A DNA stretch of 64,000 nucleotides from Promethearchaeota archaeon (GTDB lineage: Archaea; Asgardarchaeota; Lokiarchaeia; Sigyniarchaeales; SOKP01), in assembly GCA_019058365.1 (NCBI GenBank), contig JAHPZE010000011.1:32001-96000 (forward strand), read 5' to 3'. The notes beneath the pieces are model-generated. The model was not told where the DNA came from. It did not search any database and worked only from the letters and a program-made list of their open reading frames with translations. A program made the translations under genes and the position numbers. How positions within the stretch are numbered: position 1 is the first letter of the stretch; each line of letters opens with the position of its first letter. Of this stretch, positions 30,207 to 40,648 are shown piece by piece.

Positions 30207-32555
30207 ATGGAAAAAAGAGGAGCTAGAGTCAAAATAGATGAATACAAAGGTCCTCTCGGTACAATCAAAGGATTTGAACTTACTACTGGGAAAGTATCAT
30301 ATGGAGATGAGACGGAATGGGAACCTATGGGACCAACCCCAATGCCACATATCCCTACATTACGTAATTGGTTTTTCAAACTAATGGAAAGATATCGACC
30401 TTTTTATATGCCAATCTGTGATATGTGCTGTCTCTGCACCTTTGGCAAATGTAACCTTTCTAAAGGCAGAACTGGTGCATGTGGAATAAATATGGAGACA
30501 CAACAAGCAAGAATAGTAGAAATAGCCTGTTGTATCGGAGCTAGTTGTCATTCAGCTCATGGTGATCATCTGCTTCATTGGCTAAAAGAAAAATATGGAA
30601 ATGTCCCAATTGCTTATGGTAATAATATTGAAGTTGAGATGCCTTGTACACGTTTAATTGTTGGTATGAAACCGGAAACTTTGGAAGATCTAGAGACTGC
30701 AATGGAATGGGTGCATTATACGATAACACATTTACTAGCTGCGGGACATACAGGTCAAGAATCAAGCCATTTAGATTATGAAGCTAAGGCTTTTTTAGCA
30801 GGACTAGCTGATGCTGTGGGAATGGAAATTTCTGATGCTGCACAAATTGCAGCCTATGGTTTTCCAATGGGAGAAGCTAATGTTCCACTTATTGAATTAG
30901 GAATGGGTACACTAGATACTAAAAACAAAGCAACGATTTTGATGATTGGACACAATGTAGCACCAGGTATCGAACTAGTTGATTATATGAGGGAAAAAGG
31001 TTATGACGATAAGTTAGATGTGGGAGCGATATGTTGTACGGCAATAGATTTAACAAGATATTATGATGGTGCGAAAATTGTTGGTTCACTAGCTAGACAG
31101 ATGTTTTACATTCGTTCTGGATTAGCTGATGTTGTTATGGTAGATGAACAATGCGTTAATTTACGTAGTTATGAACAAGCAAAGCTCGTAAATGCTCCGT
31201 TTATAGCGACTAATGAAAAAAATATGGGAGGTTTACCTAATAGAACAGATGACCCTCCAGAAGAAATTATTGATGATTTAGTCAGTGGAAAAGTTGATGG
31301 AGTACTAATATTAGATCCAATAAAAGCAGGAAAAGTAGCTGTTGAGACGGCTATTAAGGTAAAACCAATTAGAAAAGCTAAAAGTGCAGTTCCTGATGAA
31401 CAAGGATGTATTGATATGGCAATGAACTGCAATGGATGTGGTAACTGTCAAAGAAATTGTCCAAATGATTTACCATTAGTAGAAGGAGTAAAAAGGGTAA
31501 AAGATGGTGATTTTTCAGTATTAACTGACATTTTTGATCAATGCTTAGATTGCGGACGATGTGAATCAGATTGTATGAAAAATGTCTCACCACTTACTCT
31601 CATAATGTACGCTGGACGTGAAAAGATTAGAAATGAAAAATTTAATATGAGAGCGGGTCGTGGGCCTATTCAAGATGTAGAAATAAGAAATGTTGGAGCA
31701 CCTGTAGTCTTAGGAGAAATTCCTGGAGTCATAGCAATTATTGGTTGTGCTAATTATGCTAAAGAAATACAAGAATTATATTTAATGGCTGAAGAGTTTT
31801 GTAAAAGAAATTACATTGTGGTTGTATCTGGTTGTGGTGCTATGGATATTGGTCTTGTAAAGGATGAAGATGGTAAAACACTTTACGACAAATATCCCGG
31901 TGATTTTGATAGAGGCGGGTTAATAAATGTTGGTTCATGTGTTTCAAATCCACATATTAATGGAGCAGCCATTAAAATTGCAAATATTTTTGCAAGACGC
32001 CCTTTACGAGGTAATTATGAGGAAATTGCAGATTATATCTTGAATCGTGTAGGTGCATGTGGTGTTGCTTGGGGTGCAATGTCTCAAAAAGCAGCTAGTA
32101 TTGCCAGTAGCTGTAATGGTATGGGGATACCAGCAATATGTGGTCCTCATTCAGCCGAATATAGACGTATGTATATTGGGAGATCTGATGATGAAAATTC
32201 ATGGAAAGTATGGAATGCGAGAGATGGTACTTCAGATCATTTAGTTGGTCCAGGTCCAGAACATTTATTAACTACTGCTGAAAGTATTGAACAAGCTATT
32301 TGTCTAGCAGCAAAATTATGTTTAAGACCAGCTGATAACAGTAAAGGAAGGATGATCAAATTATCTCATTGGATTGACTTAGAACGGAAACTTAAAGGTG
32401 TTCAATTTCCTAATGACTTAGAGAAATTTATACGTGTTGAGGCAGACATTCCAATTAATATGAAAGATGAAATACAAGAATATCTTAAAGAAAGAGGTTG
32501 GGAACCTAAAGAAATCATTGATCCAACCTTATTAAAAAGACTTTGTAGAACTTAA
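30207..32555 (+). CDS. cdhA: CO dehydrogenase/acetyl-CoA synthase complex alpha subunit
   Basis: EPMGPTPMP, CDMCCLCTFGKC, GACG, GHN, ICCT, VDEQC, two ferredoxin motifs, GSCVSN, WGAMSQKA. Confidence 0.95.
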   Translation: MEKRGARVKIDEYKGPLGTIKGFELTTGKVSYGDETEWEPMGPTPMPHIPTLRNWFFKLMERYRPFYMPICDMCCLCTFGKCNLSKGRTGACGINMETQQARIVEIACCIGASCHSAHGDHLLHWLKEKYGNVPIAYGNNIEVEMPCTRLIVGMKPETLEDLETAMEWVHYTITHLLAAGHTGQESSHLDYEAKAFLAGLADAVGMEISDAAQIAAYGFPMGEANVPLIELGMGTLDTKNKATILMIGHNVAPGIELVDYMREKGYDDKLDVGAICCTAIDLTRYYDGAKIVGSLARQMFYIRSGLADVVMVDEQCVNLRSYEQAKLVNAPFIATNEKNMGGLPNRTDDPPEEIIDDLVSGKVDGVLILDPIKAGKVAVETAIKVKPIRKAKSAVPDEQGCIDMAMNCNGCGNCQRNCPNDLPLVEGVKRVKDGDFSVLTDIFDQCLDCGRCESDCMKNVSPLTLIMYAGREKIRNEKFNMRAGRGPIQDVEIRNVGAPVVLGEIPGVIAIIGCANYAKEIQELYLMAEEFCKRNYIVVVSGCGAMDIGLVKDEDGKTLYDKYPGDFDRGGLINVGSCVSNPHINGAAIKIANIFARRPLRGNYEEIADYILNRVGACGVAWGAMSQKAASIASSCNGMGIPAICGPHSAEYRRMYIGRSDDENSWKVWNARDGTSDHLVGPGPEHLLTTAESIEQAICLAAKLCLRPADNSKGRMIKLSHWIDLERKLKGVQFPNDLEKFIRVEADIPINMKDEIQEYLKERGWEPKEIIDPTLLKRLCRT

Positions 32556-32891
32556 TATAATTTTTCTTTTTCTTTTTTTACATATATTTATATTTGAGAT
32601 GAAACCTTTATTATAGAGTAATTTCAATTAAACTATTTTTTATAAGTATATTATTTGAATAATCATCAATAAGAATTTATTTTCTTTGGTCTGTTACCCA
32701 TTTCATATGAGTTTTAGCTTCAATTTCAGTATCTACAATTTCTTGCATTTTATTTCAATTCTTACTAAGTATAAATGATTCAATAATAAGCTAAGGTTAT
32801 TTTAATTTAGTCAAATAGAAAAACAAAAGGTTCATGTGTTAGAGAATATTTTCATTAGTATAATGGTTTAATAATAAAGATGTGAGATATT

Positions 32892-33110
32892 TTGGATAAA
32901 CAAGATAAAGATATTTTAAAATTATCAAAATTATGTAAACATTGGGCAGATCACAATGGTTCACATAAAGAAAATTTTATAAAATGGAGGAATATTGCTA
33001 TAGAAAAAGGATTAGAATCCATTGCGGGACAATTAGATAAAGCAGTTGAAATGTTAGATAAATGCAATGAATTTTTACTTGCTGCATATCAGGATTTAGA
33101 GGAGATGTAA
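32892..33110 (+). CDS. Small helical His-containing protein, putative metal binder
   Basis: KLCKHWADHNGSH..F.KW. Confidence 0.65.
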   Translation: MDKQDKDILKLSKLCKHWADHNGSHKENFIKWRNIAIEKGLESIAGQLDKAVEMLDKCNEFLLAAYQDLEEM

Positions 33111-33180
33111 ACTAACATCAATTAAAAAAGATTAAAAAATAAAACTAAGATCTTAAATTAGTATACACTTATAAAGGGAT

Positions 33181-34389
33181 TTATAGGAAAAGATTAATCA
33201 ACGGAAGTAATTGCTCTTTAAAGTATTCGATTTTCCCTTCTAACAATTCTGGATTTTGAGAAAGCATCCATAAGTATACAGGAATCTGCAATTCAGAGTA
33301 CTCAAATAATTTTTCACCTCGTATTGTAAATCCATTAAGTGGTAAATCTAGTCTTATAGATTTTTCTCTTATTAAACCTATTGAATTATAAAAATTTGAA
33401 AGTGTTTGTAGCAATAAAGCTGTGTTATTTACTAACATTTCATCTGTATCAGATCCAGTGTAACTACCGAAAATAAGGCCATCCATCGAAACTAAACTTG
33501 AAGCCTTTGCTTCGACTTGATGAGTAAACTCTTCGAGGATGTTTTCTATTATTTCAGAGGTATCAGATACTTTCATTAATGCAGTACTGAACATTTGCAT
33601 AATTGTTTCTCTCTGAAAAATCGTTGTATCGCAGTAATCAATTGAAAATTCTTCAAATTCCTGAGCAATACTGTTGAATTTATTTTTTATACTTGTTACA
33701 GTTTGCTGCCATTGAAGGGTTTTACGAGCATCTTGATCACTTTTACTTAAAACTATTAAAACTGAGGGGATTTCATGTAACTCTTCTAATACTTTTAAAA
33801 CTTCCCGAAAATAGTTAGCTGCTTCAGGAATTCTATCTGGGTCTTGACTATCAACAACATATAGCATAATATCAGCTTCAGTGAAAAAAAGTTCTGGCCT
33901 ATTAAAGTACAATTTTTCTCGATACTGGACTTGACCGCCTAAATCCCATGAGATTATCGGATATCCAAAAAAATCAAGCTTTTCCCTCTTTACACCCCTT
34001 GTAGGTAAAAGAGATTTAATAATTGAGAATTTATCTTGAACTATTGCTAGTATAGACGTTTTACCACCATTATCTAAACCGATCATCAATAATTTTTTAT
34101 GTCTCCTCATTTGTTCTTTTATGTTCTTTTGAATTAGCTGTGCAATTTTCACCCATTTTTGTAGCATATTTGGTAGTATTTCTTTTATCTCGGGGAGATT
34201 TGCAACAGATAAATTAGCTAAATCATCAATTGTTTTTATTCCTTCATCAAATAAGTGATCCGAACTAATTTTATCAACACCTATTAATGAATCGGGTTTA
34301 AATCTCAAAACCTCATCAAGTTCATTAATAAGAATATTACTTTTAAAGAAATCCTTAACTGCTAAACTCTTTCCACTATTTTCAGACAT
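33181..34389 (-). CDS. Arf-like GTPase with N-terminal HhH-like and C-terminal Roadblock-like domains
   Basis: LIGV...GIKTIDDLA; GLDNGGKT, PTRG, WDLGGQ, SKSD; LVSMDGLIF. Confidence 0.85.
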   Translation of the reverse strand: MSENSGKSLAVKDFFKSNILINELDEVLRFKPDSLIGVDKISSDHLFDEGIKTIDDLANLSVANLPEIKEILPNMLQKWVKIAQLIQKNIKEQMRRHKKLLMIGLDNGGKTSILAIVQDKFSIIKSLLPTRGVKREKLDFFGYPIISWDLGGQVQYREKLYFNRPELFFTEADIMLYVVDSQDPDRIPEAANYFREVLKVLEELHEIPSVLIVLSKSDQDARKTLQWQQTVTSIKNKFNSIAQEFEEFSIDYCDTTIFQRETIMQMFSTALMKVSDTSEIIENILEEFTHQVEAKASSLVSMDGLIFGSYTGSDTDEMLVNNTALLLQTLSNFYNSIGLIREKSIRLDLPLNGFTIRGEKLFEYSELQIPVYLWMLSQNPELLEGKIEYFKEQLLPLINLFL

Positions 34390-34611
34390 TATGTATCAGG
34401 TTTAATTGTTATTTTTCTATTAACTAAAATCCTTATCTTTACTAGTACTAAAAGGTATTATTAAATATATATTAATATTCGTAAAAAAAAACTTTATCTA
34501 ATTGAAGTAGTATTAATTAATTAGTAATTAATAAAAGTATAAAAAATCGATTGAATCATATAGTTCAATTTCAGTACGTAATTACTATATGCTAAAAATT
34601 GTTAAAATAAA

Positions 34612-35817
34612 ATGTCAGAGAACAGAATCCCCGAAAATCTTGTCATTTGCATAGATACATCACGCTCGATGTTTAGAAAGGATTTCGTTCCTAATCGAAT
34701 TACATGCTGTATTTCTGCAGTTAAAACATTAATTAAAGATAGATTTAATTTAGATAGTTTAAGTGCATTTTCTATAATAAAATATTCTAACAAAGCAAAA
34801 AAGATAATTGACTTCACAACGTCAAATTTTGAAGAAAAACTCACCAAAGTTTTAGATTCTCTTAATTGTGGAGGTTACTCTGCTATGGGAGATGCTTTAG
34901 CTTTATCAATCAAAACACTTATAGCAGAATTGCGTAAGATTGGAGCTAAAATACCTAGAATAATTCTGATTTCTGATGGGAATTATTTGAGAACTGAAGC
35001 TGATCCATTAAAGATGGCACGTTTAGCTCAAGGTTTAAATATTAGAATTGATACTTTTGGCATTGGAAATACAAGGCAAGACAATGTACTAAAAAAAATT
35101 AGCGATATAGCAAGTGGTCGATACTTTTATAATAATGATTATGAATCCTTAATTAGGTCCGCAAAAGAAATTGCTGATGATAATTATAAAACATATGGGT
35201 CGAGTAAAAAAATTCTTATTGAGAATCCCGCTTTTCTTAGGAAAATTGCAGCAGATTTACTAAGAGTTCAAGATTTAACAAAAGATCAAGAACAACGTGT
35301 AAAACAGATACGTGGAGAAGGTGAATTTAAAAAATGTTCTATTTGTTTTTCTGATCAAAATCCTTACACAAAAGGATCATTTTATGTTACTGGGAGATAT
35401 TGTCCTAATTGTACTACTCCATTTCATATACACTGTTTAGCAGCATGGGCAGATTCTCAAAAAAATCATCAAATAAAAAGTTCTGGCACAGCGCGGTGCC
35501 CACATTGTTTCTACCTTTTGAAGATACCTATAGAAGTTACTCAAATTCAAAAATTACGTATTCTTACAAAAGGTTTGAAAGAAGAACCTGTGAAAAAACC
35601 TGATCTTATTCCTGCTAAATTTATTCAAGACTTGGGGTTGCTTGGAGATGAAGCTTTATTTAACGCGTGCCCAGTTTGTCATATGATTTTTGAGAAAGGG
35701 CAATCAGCAGTTCAATGTGGTAATCTTCAATGTAACGCTCTTTACCACGAGGAATGTTTTAAAGAGTTAAAGGATGGGCATTGTAGAAAGTGTGATATGA
35801 AATTACATCTTTATTAA
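34612..35817 (+). CDS. vWA domain protein with two C4HC3 RING-like fingers
   Basis: MIDAS DTSRS, ISDG; CSIC..CPNC..HIHC..W..CPHC; CPVC..C.{4}C..HEEC..CRKC. Confidence 0.82.
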   Translation: MSENRIPENLVICIDTSRSMFRKDFVPNRITCCISAVKTLIKDRFNLDSLSAFSIIKYSNKAKKIIDFTTSNFEEKLTKVLDSLNCGGYSAMGDALALSIKTLIAELRKIGAKIPRIILISDGNYLRTEADPLKMARLAQGLNIRIDTFGIGNTRQDNVLKKISDIASGRYFYNNDYESLIRSAKEIADDNYKTYGSSKKILIENPAFLRKIAADLLRVQDLTKDQEQRVKQIRGEGEFKKCSICFSDQNPYTKGSFYVTGRYCPNCTTPFHIHCLAAWADSQKNHQIKSSGTARCPHCFYLLKIPIEVTQIQKLRILTKGLKEEPVKKPDLIPAKFIQDLGLLGDEALFNACPVCHMIFEKGQSAVQCGNLQCNALYHEECFKELKDGHCRKCDMKLHLY

Positions 35818-35943
35818 TTAGTACAATAATCCATTTTTAAAGATATATTAACTCATTCTCTAAAATTATCTAATTGAAATTAACACTTTATACTATTTTA
35901 GATAATTCTAATAAATTGATGATTAGATTCTTCCTTTGATTTC

Positions 35944-36192
35944 TTATTTTTTTCCTGATCTCATCATAATATCTATTTCTGATATCAAATAACATAATAC
36001 ATCATAATTTGGACCAGAAAAAAATATTTCTGCTGCTTTTTCTCTTATTCTTTCTTCTTGATTATATTTAGAATCTCCTTGAACAAGCAATTGCCTTTCA
36101 GCAAGCATCCAACACAATTTATCATAGGTATATCCTTTTTCTGCTAAAAAATATGCTGCAACATTAATATGGGAAACTTTTTCGTCACTCAT
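35944..36192 (-). CDS. Small helical repeat protein homologous to the C-terminal domain of the gelsolin-like protein at 55289-56146
   Basis: AAYFLAEKGYTYDKLCWMLAE...IREKAAEIF...YDVLCY. Confidence 0.75.
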   Translation of the reverse strand: MSDEKVSHINVAAYFLAEKGYTYDKLCWMLAERQLLVQGDSKYNQEERIREKAAEIFFSGPNYDVLCYLISEIDIMMRSGKK

Positions 36193-36431
36193 TTTATCAA
36201 ATATTTTATTTTAAAGAATCTTAATACTTCTTAATTAATTAATAATTTTCAGACATTTAATTCCTATTATTAAAATATACTTATGATTTAAGAAAGTTAT
36301 AAGAATATTTAATTTTGATATAATTATAAAAATAGATAAAATTTTGAAACATATAAGAGTCTTAAAAAATCAAGCAGATTAAATTATTTTTCATTCCTAT
36401 TTCAAATATTACAATTAATAACTGATTCAAG

Positions 36432-37316
36432 ATGGGTAATACTGATTATTATTCTTATGGGAATATAAAATTAGGAAAAGGAAATTTTGAGTTGCCCCCA
36501 GTGTTAATTGGTACTATTTTTTATCAGAATGAAACTATTATAGATAGGAAGAATCCTGAAGTTTTTAATTCATCTAAAGCTATGAAACGTATTGATACTC
36601 ACATATCATTATCTGAAAAATATAAAATTCCTAATTTAGTGGAAATATCCGCTACATCTCCTAAATCAATGAGGAATTATTTAGAATTTTTCTTAGATCA
36701 TTATGATCCTCCATTTATACTTGGTGGAAATTTCGAATCAAGAGTAGCTGGAATCGAATATCTTACAGAACATGGCATAAAACCAGATCAATATATATAT
36801 AATACCATTTCAAATCTAAAAAACAAGAAAGAAATAGAAATTATTAAGAAATACAAAATAGAATCTGCCGTAATTTTAATACTCAGTTCAGAAAATATGA
36901 CCTCAACCCAGAGATATGCATATCTTACTGAAAGAAATCAACCGAATAATATGAATATAATTGAGGGATTAGATAAGATTGGTGTTAAGAGATTCTGGAT
37001 TGATGGGGGTGTTGTAAATTTGGAAAGTTTAGCCCATATACTAGAGACACAACAATTAGTAAGTACATCCTTAAAACTTCCCGTAGGTACAGCTGCAAAT
37101 CTCTTTCTTTTTCAATACTCTTCCCCACGCTTGAATATTAAATTCCACACTCGATACAGGAGGGCGAGTATTATGTTTATTGCAGCATGGGTTTCCAACT
37201 TCATTTTTTACGGAGCGATTGAAGATGCAAAAGAATCATTTGCATCGGCGTATCAATCAATAGAATTCAGAGACATAATAAAAAGAAGAAATATAAAACT
37301 CTTTCGACAATTTTAA
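36432..37316 (+). CDS. MtrH-like (pterin-binding methyltransferase) protein, divergent
   Basis: GNIKLG...ELPPVLIGTIFY, IYNTI, LPVG.A.N, FIFYGAIE. Confidence 0.75.
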   Translation: MGNTDYYSYGNIKLGKGNFELPPVLIGTIFYQNETIIDRKNPEVFNSSKAMKRIDTHISLSEKYKIPNLVEISATSPKSMRNYLEFFLDHYDPPFILGGNFESRVAGIEYLTEHGIKPDQYIYNTISNLKNKKEIEIIKKYKIESAVILILSSENMTSTQRYAYLTERNQPNNMNIIEGLDKIGVKRFWIDGGVVNLESLAHILETQQLVSTSLKLPVGTAANLFLFQYSSPRLNIKFHTRYRRASIMFIAAWVSNFIFYGAIEDAKESFASAYQSIEFRDIIKRRNIKLFRQF

Positions 37317-37457
37317 TAAAGTAGCACTTTTAAATTTAATGAAAAAGAAGTGTAGAGTTACATTATTGATAGAAAGCTATTAATACTAAGGTTTTAATAT
37401 CTTAATTAAGTCTATGTAAATTGTATAGAAATTTTAATCGAATCAGTTATTTACTAA

Positions 37458-38621
37458 ATGCTTATTTGTGAGAAGAAAAATATGATCAATAATCGCTATA
37501 ATGATGAAAAAGAGTTAGAAGCTGTAAGGCTAATAGACCAAGCAGAAACGCTGGCTGATCGTGGAAAAGGAGAAGAAGCAATCAATTTTTACGAAAAAGC
37601 AGCTTCAATTTACCTTGATCTTGGGAGTTATATTAAACTGGATGAATTATTTATACGAATAGCTCAAATTATCTCAAAATTTAAGAATAATATTCAAGCT
37701 GTTTATAGATTGAAATCAATTATTAGAAAAACTGAAGAATTAAAACTATATGAAGTATCTGCTAAATTATTAATTCAATTAGGAAATATTTCTTTTAGAA
37801 TGCATGACTGGGAGACTGCGGGAGAGTCTTGGCAAAGCGCTTCAGATTATTTATATAAAACTGATCCTGAAGAATATAGAAATTTATCTTCAGTGCTCCT
37901 TCTAAAAGCGGGACAATCTTTTGAACGATCTAGACTCAAAAAAGAAGAAGGTAAACGGTTAATTTTAAAAGCAGTAATGAAAATACATGAATTTGATGAA
38001 CTTTATGAATTAGAAGAAAAAAGGGCGTTCAACCTATTGTCTAGAAAAGAATTTGAAGCTTCTGCTAAGAAATTCTTTGATATAGCCGCTAACTTTAAAA
38101 TAGCTTTGGATGATTTGGATAATTTAATAGACGAAGTAGAATCCAAAGATACATTACTTAATGCTAAAGCAAGATTTATACATTTTATTGCAGAGTATCA
38201 GACTGTATCAGCATTATGTTTAAGAGCATCTGAAAATCGCGTTCATAATGATCGAATTAAAGAATTAGGAAAACATTCGTTTGAACTTTTTAAAGAATCA
38301 ATTTCTATGCTTAAGTCTTATCTTCTTCCTATAAACTCAGATTTTGATCATGAAATTATTTTGAGAATTACTTTCGATACAATGTTAACTTCGATTATTC
38401 AAGGAATGTTAGGCATTCATCAAATAAATCCAAATGAATTCTTGTTAAGAGATATTGAGAAAAATAAAGCATTAGTAAAAGAAATCAACGGATCACCTTA
38501 TTATAAGATAACTGAAAGAATTCAAAAATTAGGAATCAGAGATGCATTAGAAGATCTTTCTAAGGTACATTTAGGTCACTTTGAATTGATAAAAAATACT
38601 CTTATTGATTATTTCAAATAA
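37458..38621 (+). CDS. Alpha-helical repeat (TPR/SNAP-like) protein
   Basis: EEAINFYEKAASIY, WETAGESWQSASDY, FEASAKKFFDIA. Confidence 0.65.
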   Translation: MLICEKKNMINNRYNDEKELEAVRLIDQAETLADRGKGEEAINFYEKAASIYLDLGSYIKLDELFIRIAQIISKFKNNIQAVYRLKSIIRKTEELKLYEVSAKLLIQLGNISFRMHDWETAGESWQSASDYLYKTDPEEYRNLSSVLLLKAGQSFERSRLKKEEGKRLILKAVMKIHEFDELYELEEKRAFNLLSRKEFEASAKKFFDIAANFKIALDDLDNLIDEVESKDTLLNAKARFIHFIAEYQTVSALCLRASENRVHNDRIKELGKHSFELFKESISMLKSYLLPINSDFDHEIILRITFDTMLTSIIQGMLGIHQINPNEFLLRDIEKNKALVKEINGSPYYKITERIQKLGIRDALEDLSKVHLGHFELIKNTLIDYFK

Positions 38622-38969
38622 AGTCTTGAGTTATCAAAATGCATTTAGAACGACTGTTTTTATTCATCTATTAATTTCTTCCTCAGTGTTAACAAAAATA
38701 CCAAAATTCCCTATTTATATTTGTTTTATGTCATTATTTATTAGATTTTTCTATATTACATTTTAAAGCCGTCTTTGTATTTTCTACAGCTATGTAGATT
38801 TAGCAAAAGGTTTATAAAGATCAATTACTATTTAATATTTAAGGTTTTGATTATTGAGAAATCTTTGAAGGTTTCTCTATGCTTTTTCTCTTCTGTTAAT
38901 GCTAATCAGTTTTATATATGGATAGTGGAGATTAGGCATCTAACCAAAAAAAATATGGTGAAATAGAAG

Positions 38970-40553
38970 TTGAAGATTCTATATGTTAATCCTGCCCGAT
39001 TAAGTTCTGGTCTTGATGCAATAATTAAAGGTCCTCCTTTAAGTTTAATTTCAATTGCAGCAATGGTTCCACAACATGATGCGAAATTATTCGATTTTAA
39101 AGTCCACAAATATAATGAGAGAAAATTCAATTCATTATTGAATCAGAGTGACATAGTAGCTCTCACAAGCATGACACCCCAAATCTCTCATGCATTTGAA
39201 GTAGCTCAAATGGCTAAAGAGCAAGGTTGTACTACTATTATTGGTGGATATCAGCCAACTTTAGCTCCTGAATATGTAGCTAAACATCCTGCGATAGATT
39301 ATGCTGTTCGCGGTGAGGGAGAACACACTTTTCGCGAACTTGTAGATTATATCGATGGAAATGTTAATAATGCAACACTGAGAAATATTGATGGAATTTC
39401 TTATAAAAATAAAGAAGGACAAGTACTTCATAACAAAGATCGAAAATTAGAGCCTAATTTGGATAATTTTCCAATGCCTCGTAGAGATTTATTAGATGAT
39501 AAAAATTATGTTTATCTAGGTGCAAGAGTCGCTCAACTTGAAACTTCACGAGGTTGTCCACATAATTGTAAATTCTGTTGTATCATAAAAATGTGGAGAA
39601 ATTCAGATCGACCCGTAACTTATAGAACTAAATCTACTAAAAGAATAATGCAAGAAATCTATGATATTGATTTTAAAAATGATTTTATTTTTTTCTGTGA
39701 AGATAATTTTACTATTAAAATAAAACGTACAAAAGAGATTCTTGAATCCATAATTCGTTCGGGAGTTCCTAATAAAATGTATTTCTCTTGCCAATCACGA
39801 GTTGATACGCTATACAGAAATCCTTGGTTAATTGATTTAATGCATAAAGCAGGTATGAGACAAGTATTTCTCGGGATCGAATCAGTTCATCAACAAAGCC
39901 TTGATGCAATGAATAAGCAAAATACTACTCCTGATATGGTTAGAAAGGTTGTCTCATCGCTTCAAGATCATGGAATTTCAATTTTTGGTGGCGTGATCAT
40001 TGGATTTCCAGGAGAAACTAAAACAATGGTAAGACAAAATATTCAATTTGCAAAATCACTTAATTTGAGTTGTATTCAATTCACACCAATTACAGCTTTT
40101 CCCGGAACTGACTTTTATAATGAAATGTCAGAAAAAAATATGATTACGAGTACTGATTATAGGCATTATGATTTGTTTCATTCTATGATGCGTACAGAAC
40201 AATTGACCAATAATGAAATGTATCAATTAGTTGGTGAAGCGTATTCTGCATATTATCTTAGTAAGGGTTGGCTTAAAATGCTTATAAAAAGATATGCTAA
40301 TCCATTTGGTAAATTCAATTGGATGTGGCGAAATATACCGCGTTTTGCTAAAACAGTGATTAAGAGTGGAAGAGAAATGCTTCTTTCGATGGGAATTACT
40401 CAATCAATTATATCTGAAGAAATGGCAGAAATTATGGCGAGAGGAAAAGCAGGTAAACACTTATTTATAAGTAAACCGAACATTATTGGAAACGAAAAAG
40501 AAATTATTCCCCTTGTGAAAAAAGAAACTAAACCAGTAAAAATTACTATCTGA
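38970..40553 (+). CDS. B12-binding radical SAM protein (class B methyltransferase-like)
   Basis: PPLSL, IIGGYQPT, GEGE, TSRGCPHNCKFC, EDNF, GIES, IGFPGET. Confidence 0.92.
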   Translation: MKILYVNPARLSSGLDAIIKGPPLSLISIAAMVPQHDAKLFDFKVHKYNERKFNSLLNQSDIVALTSMTPQISHAFEVAQMAKEQGCTTIIGGYQPTLAPEYVAKHPAIDYAVRGEGEHTFRELVDYIDGNVNNATLRNIDGISYKNKEGQVLHNKDRKLEPNLDNFPMPRRDLLDDKNYVYLGARVAQLETSRGCPHNCKFCCIIKMWRNSDRPVTYRTKSTKRIMQEIYDIDFKNDFIFFCEDNFTIKIKRTKEILESIIRSGVPNKMYFSCQSRVDTLYRNPWLIDLMHKAGMRQVFLGIESVHQQSLDAMNKQNTTPDMVRKVVSSLQDHGISIFGGVIIGFPGETKTMVRQNIQFAKSLNLSCIQFTPITAFPGTDFYNEMSEKNMITSTDYRHYDLFHSMMRTEQLTNNEMYQLVGEAYSAYYLSKGWLKMLIKRYANPFGKFNWMWRNIPRFAKTVIKSGREMLLSMGITQSIISEEMAEIMARGKAGKHLFISKPNIIGNEKEIIPLVKKETKPVKITI

Positions 40554-40648
40554 ACTAACTTATTATTAAACTTTATTTCTTTCTTATAATTTTAAGTATA
40601 GATATAGATAGATCGCTACTTTAAGCCCTCTTTAAAAATTAAGAGTAA

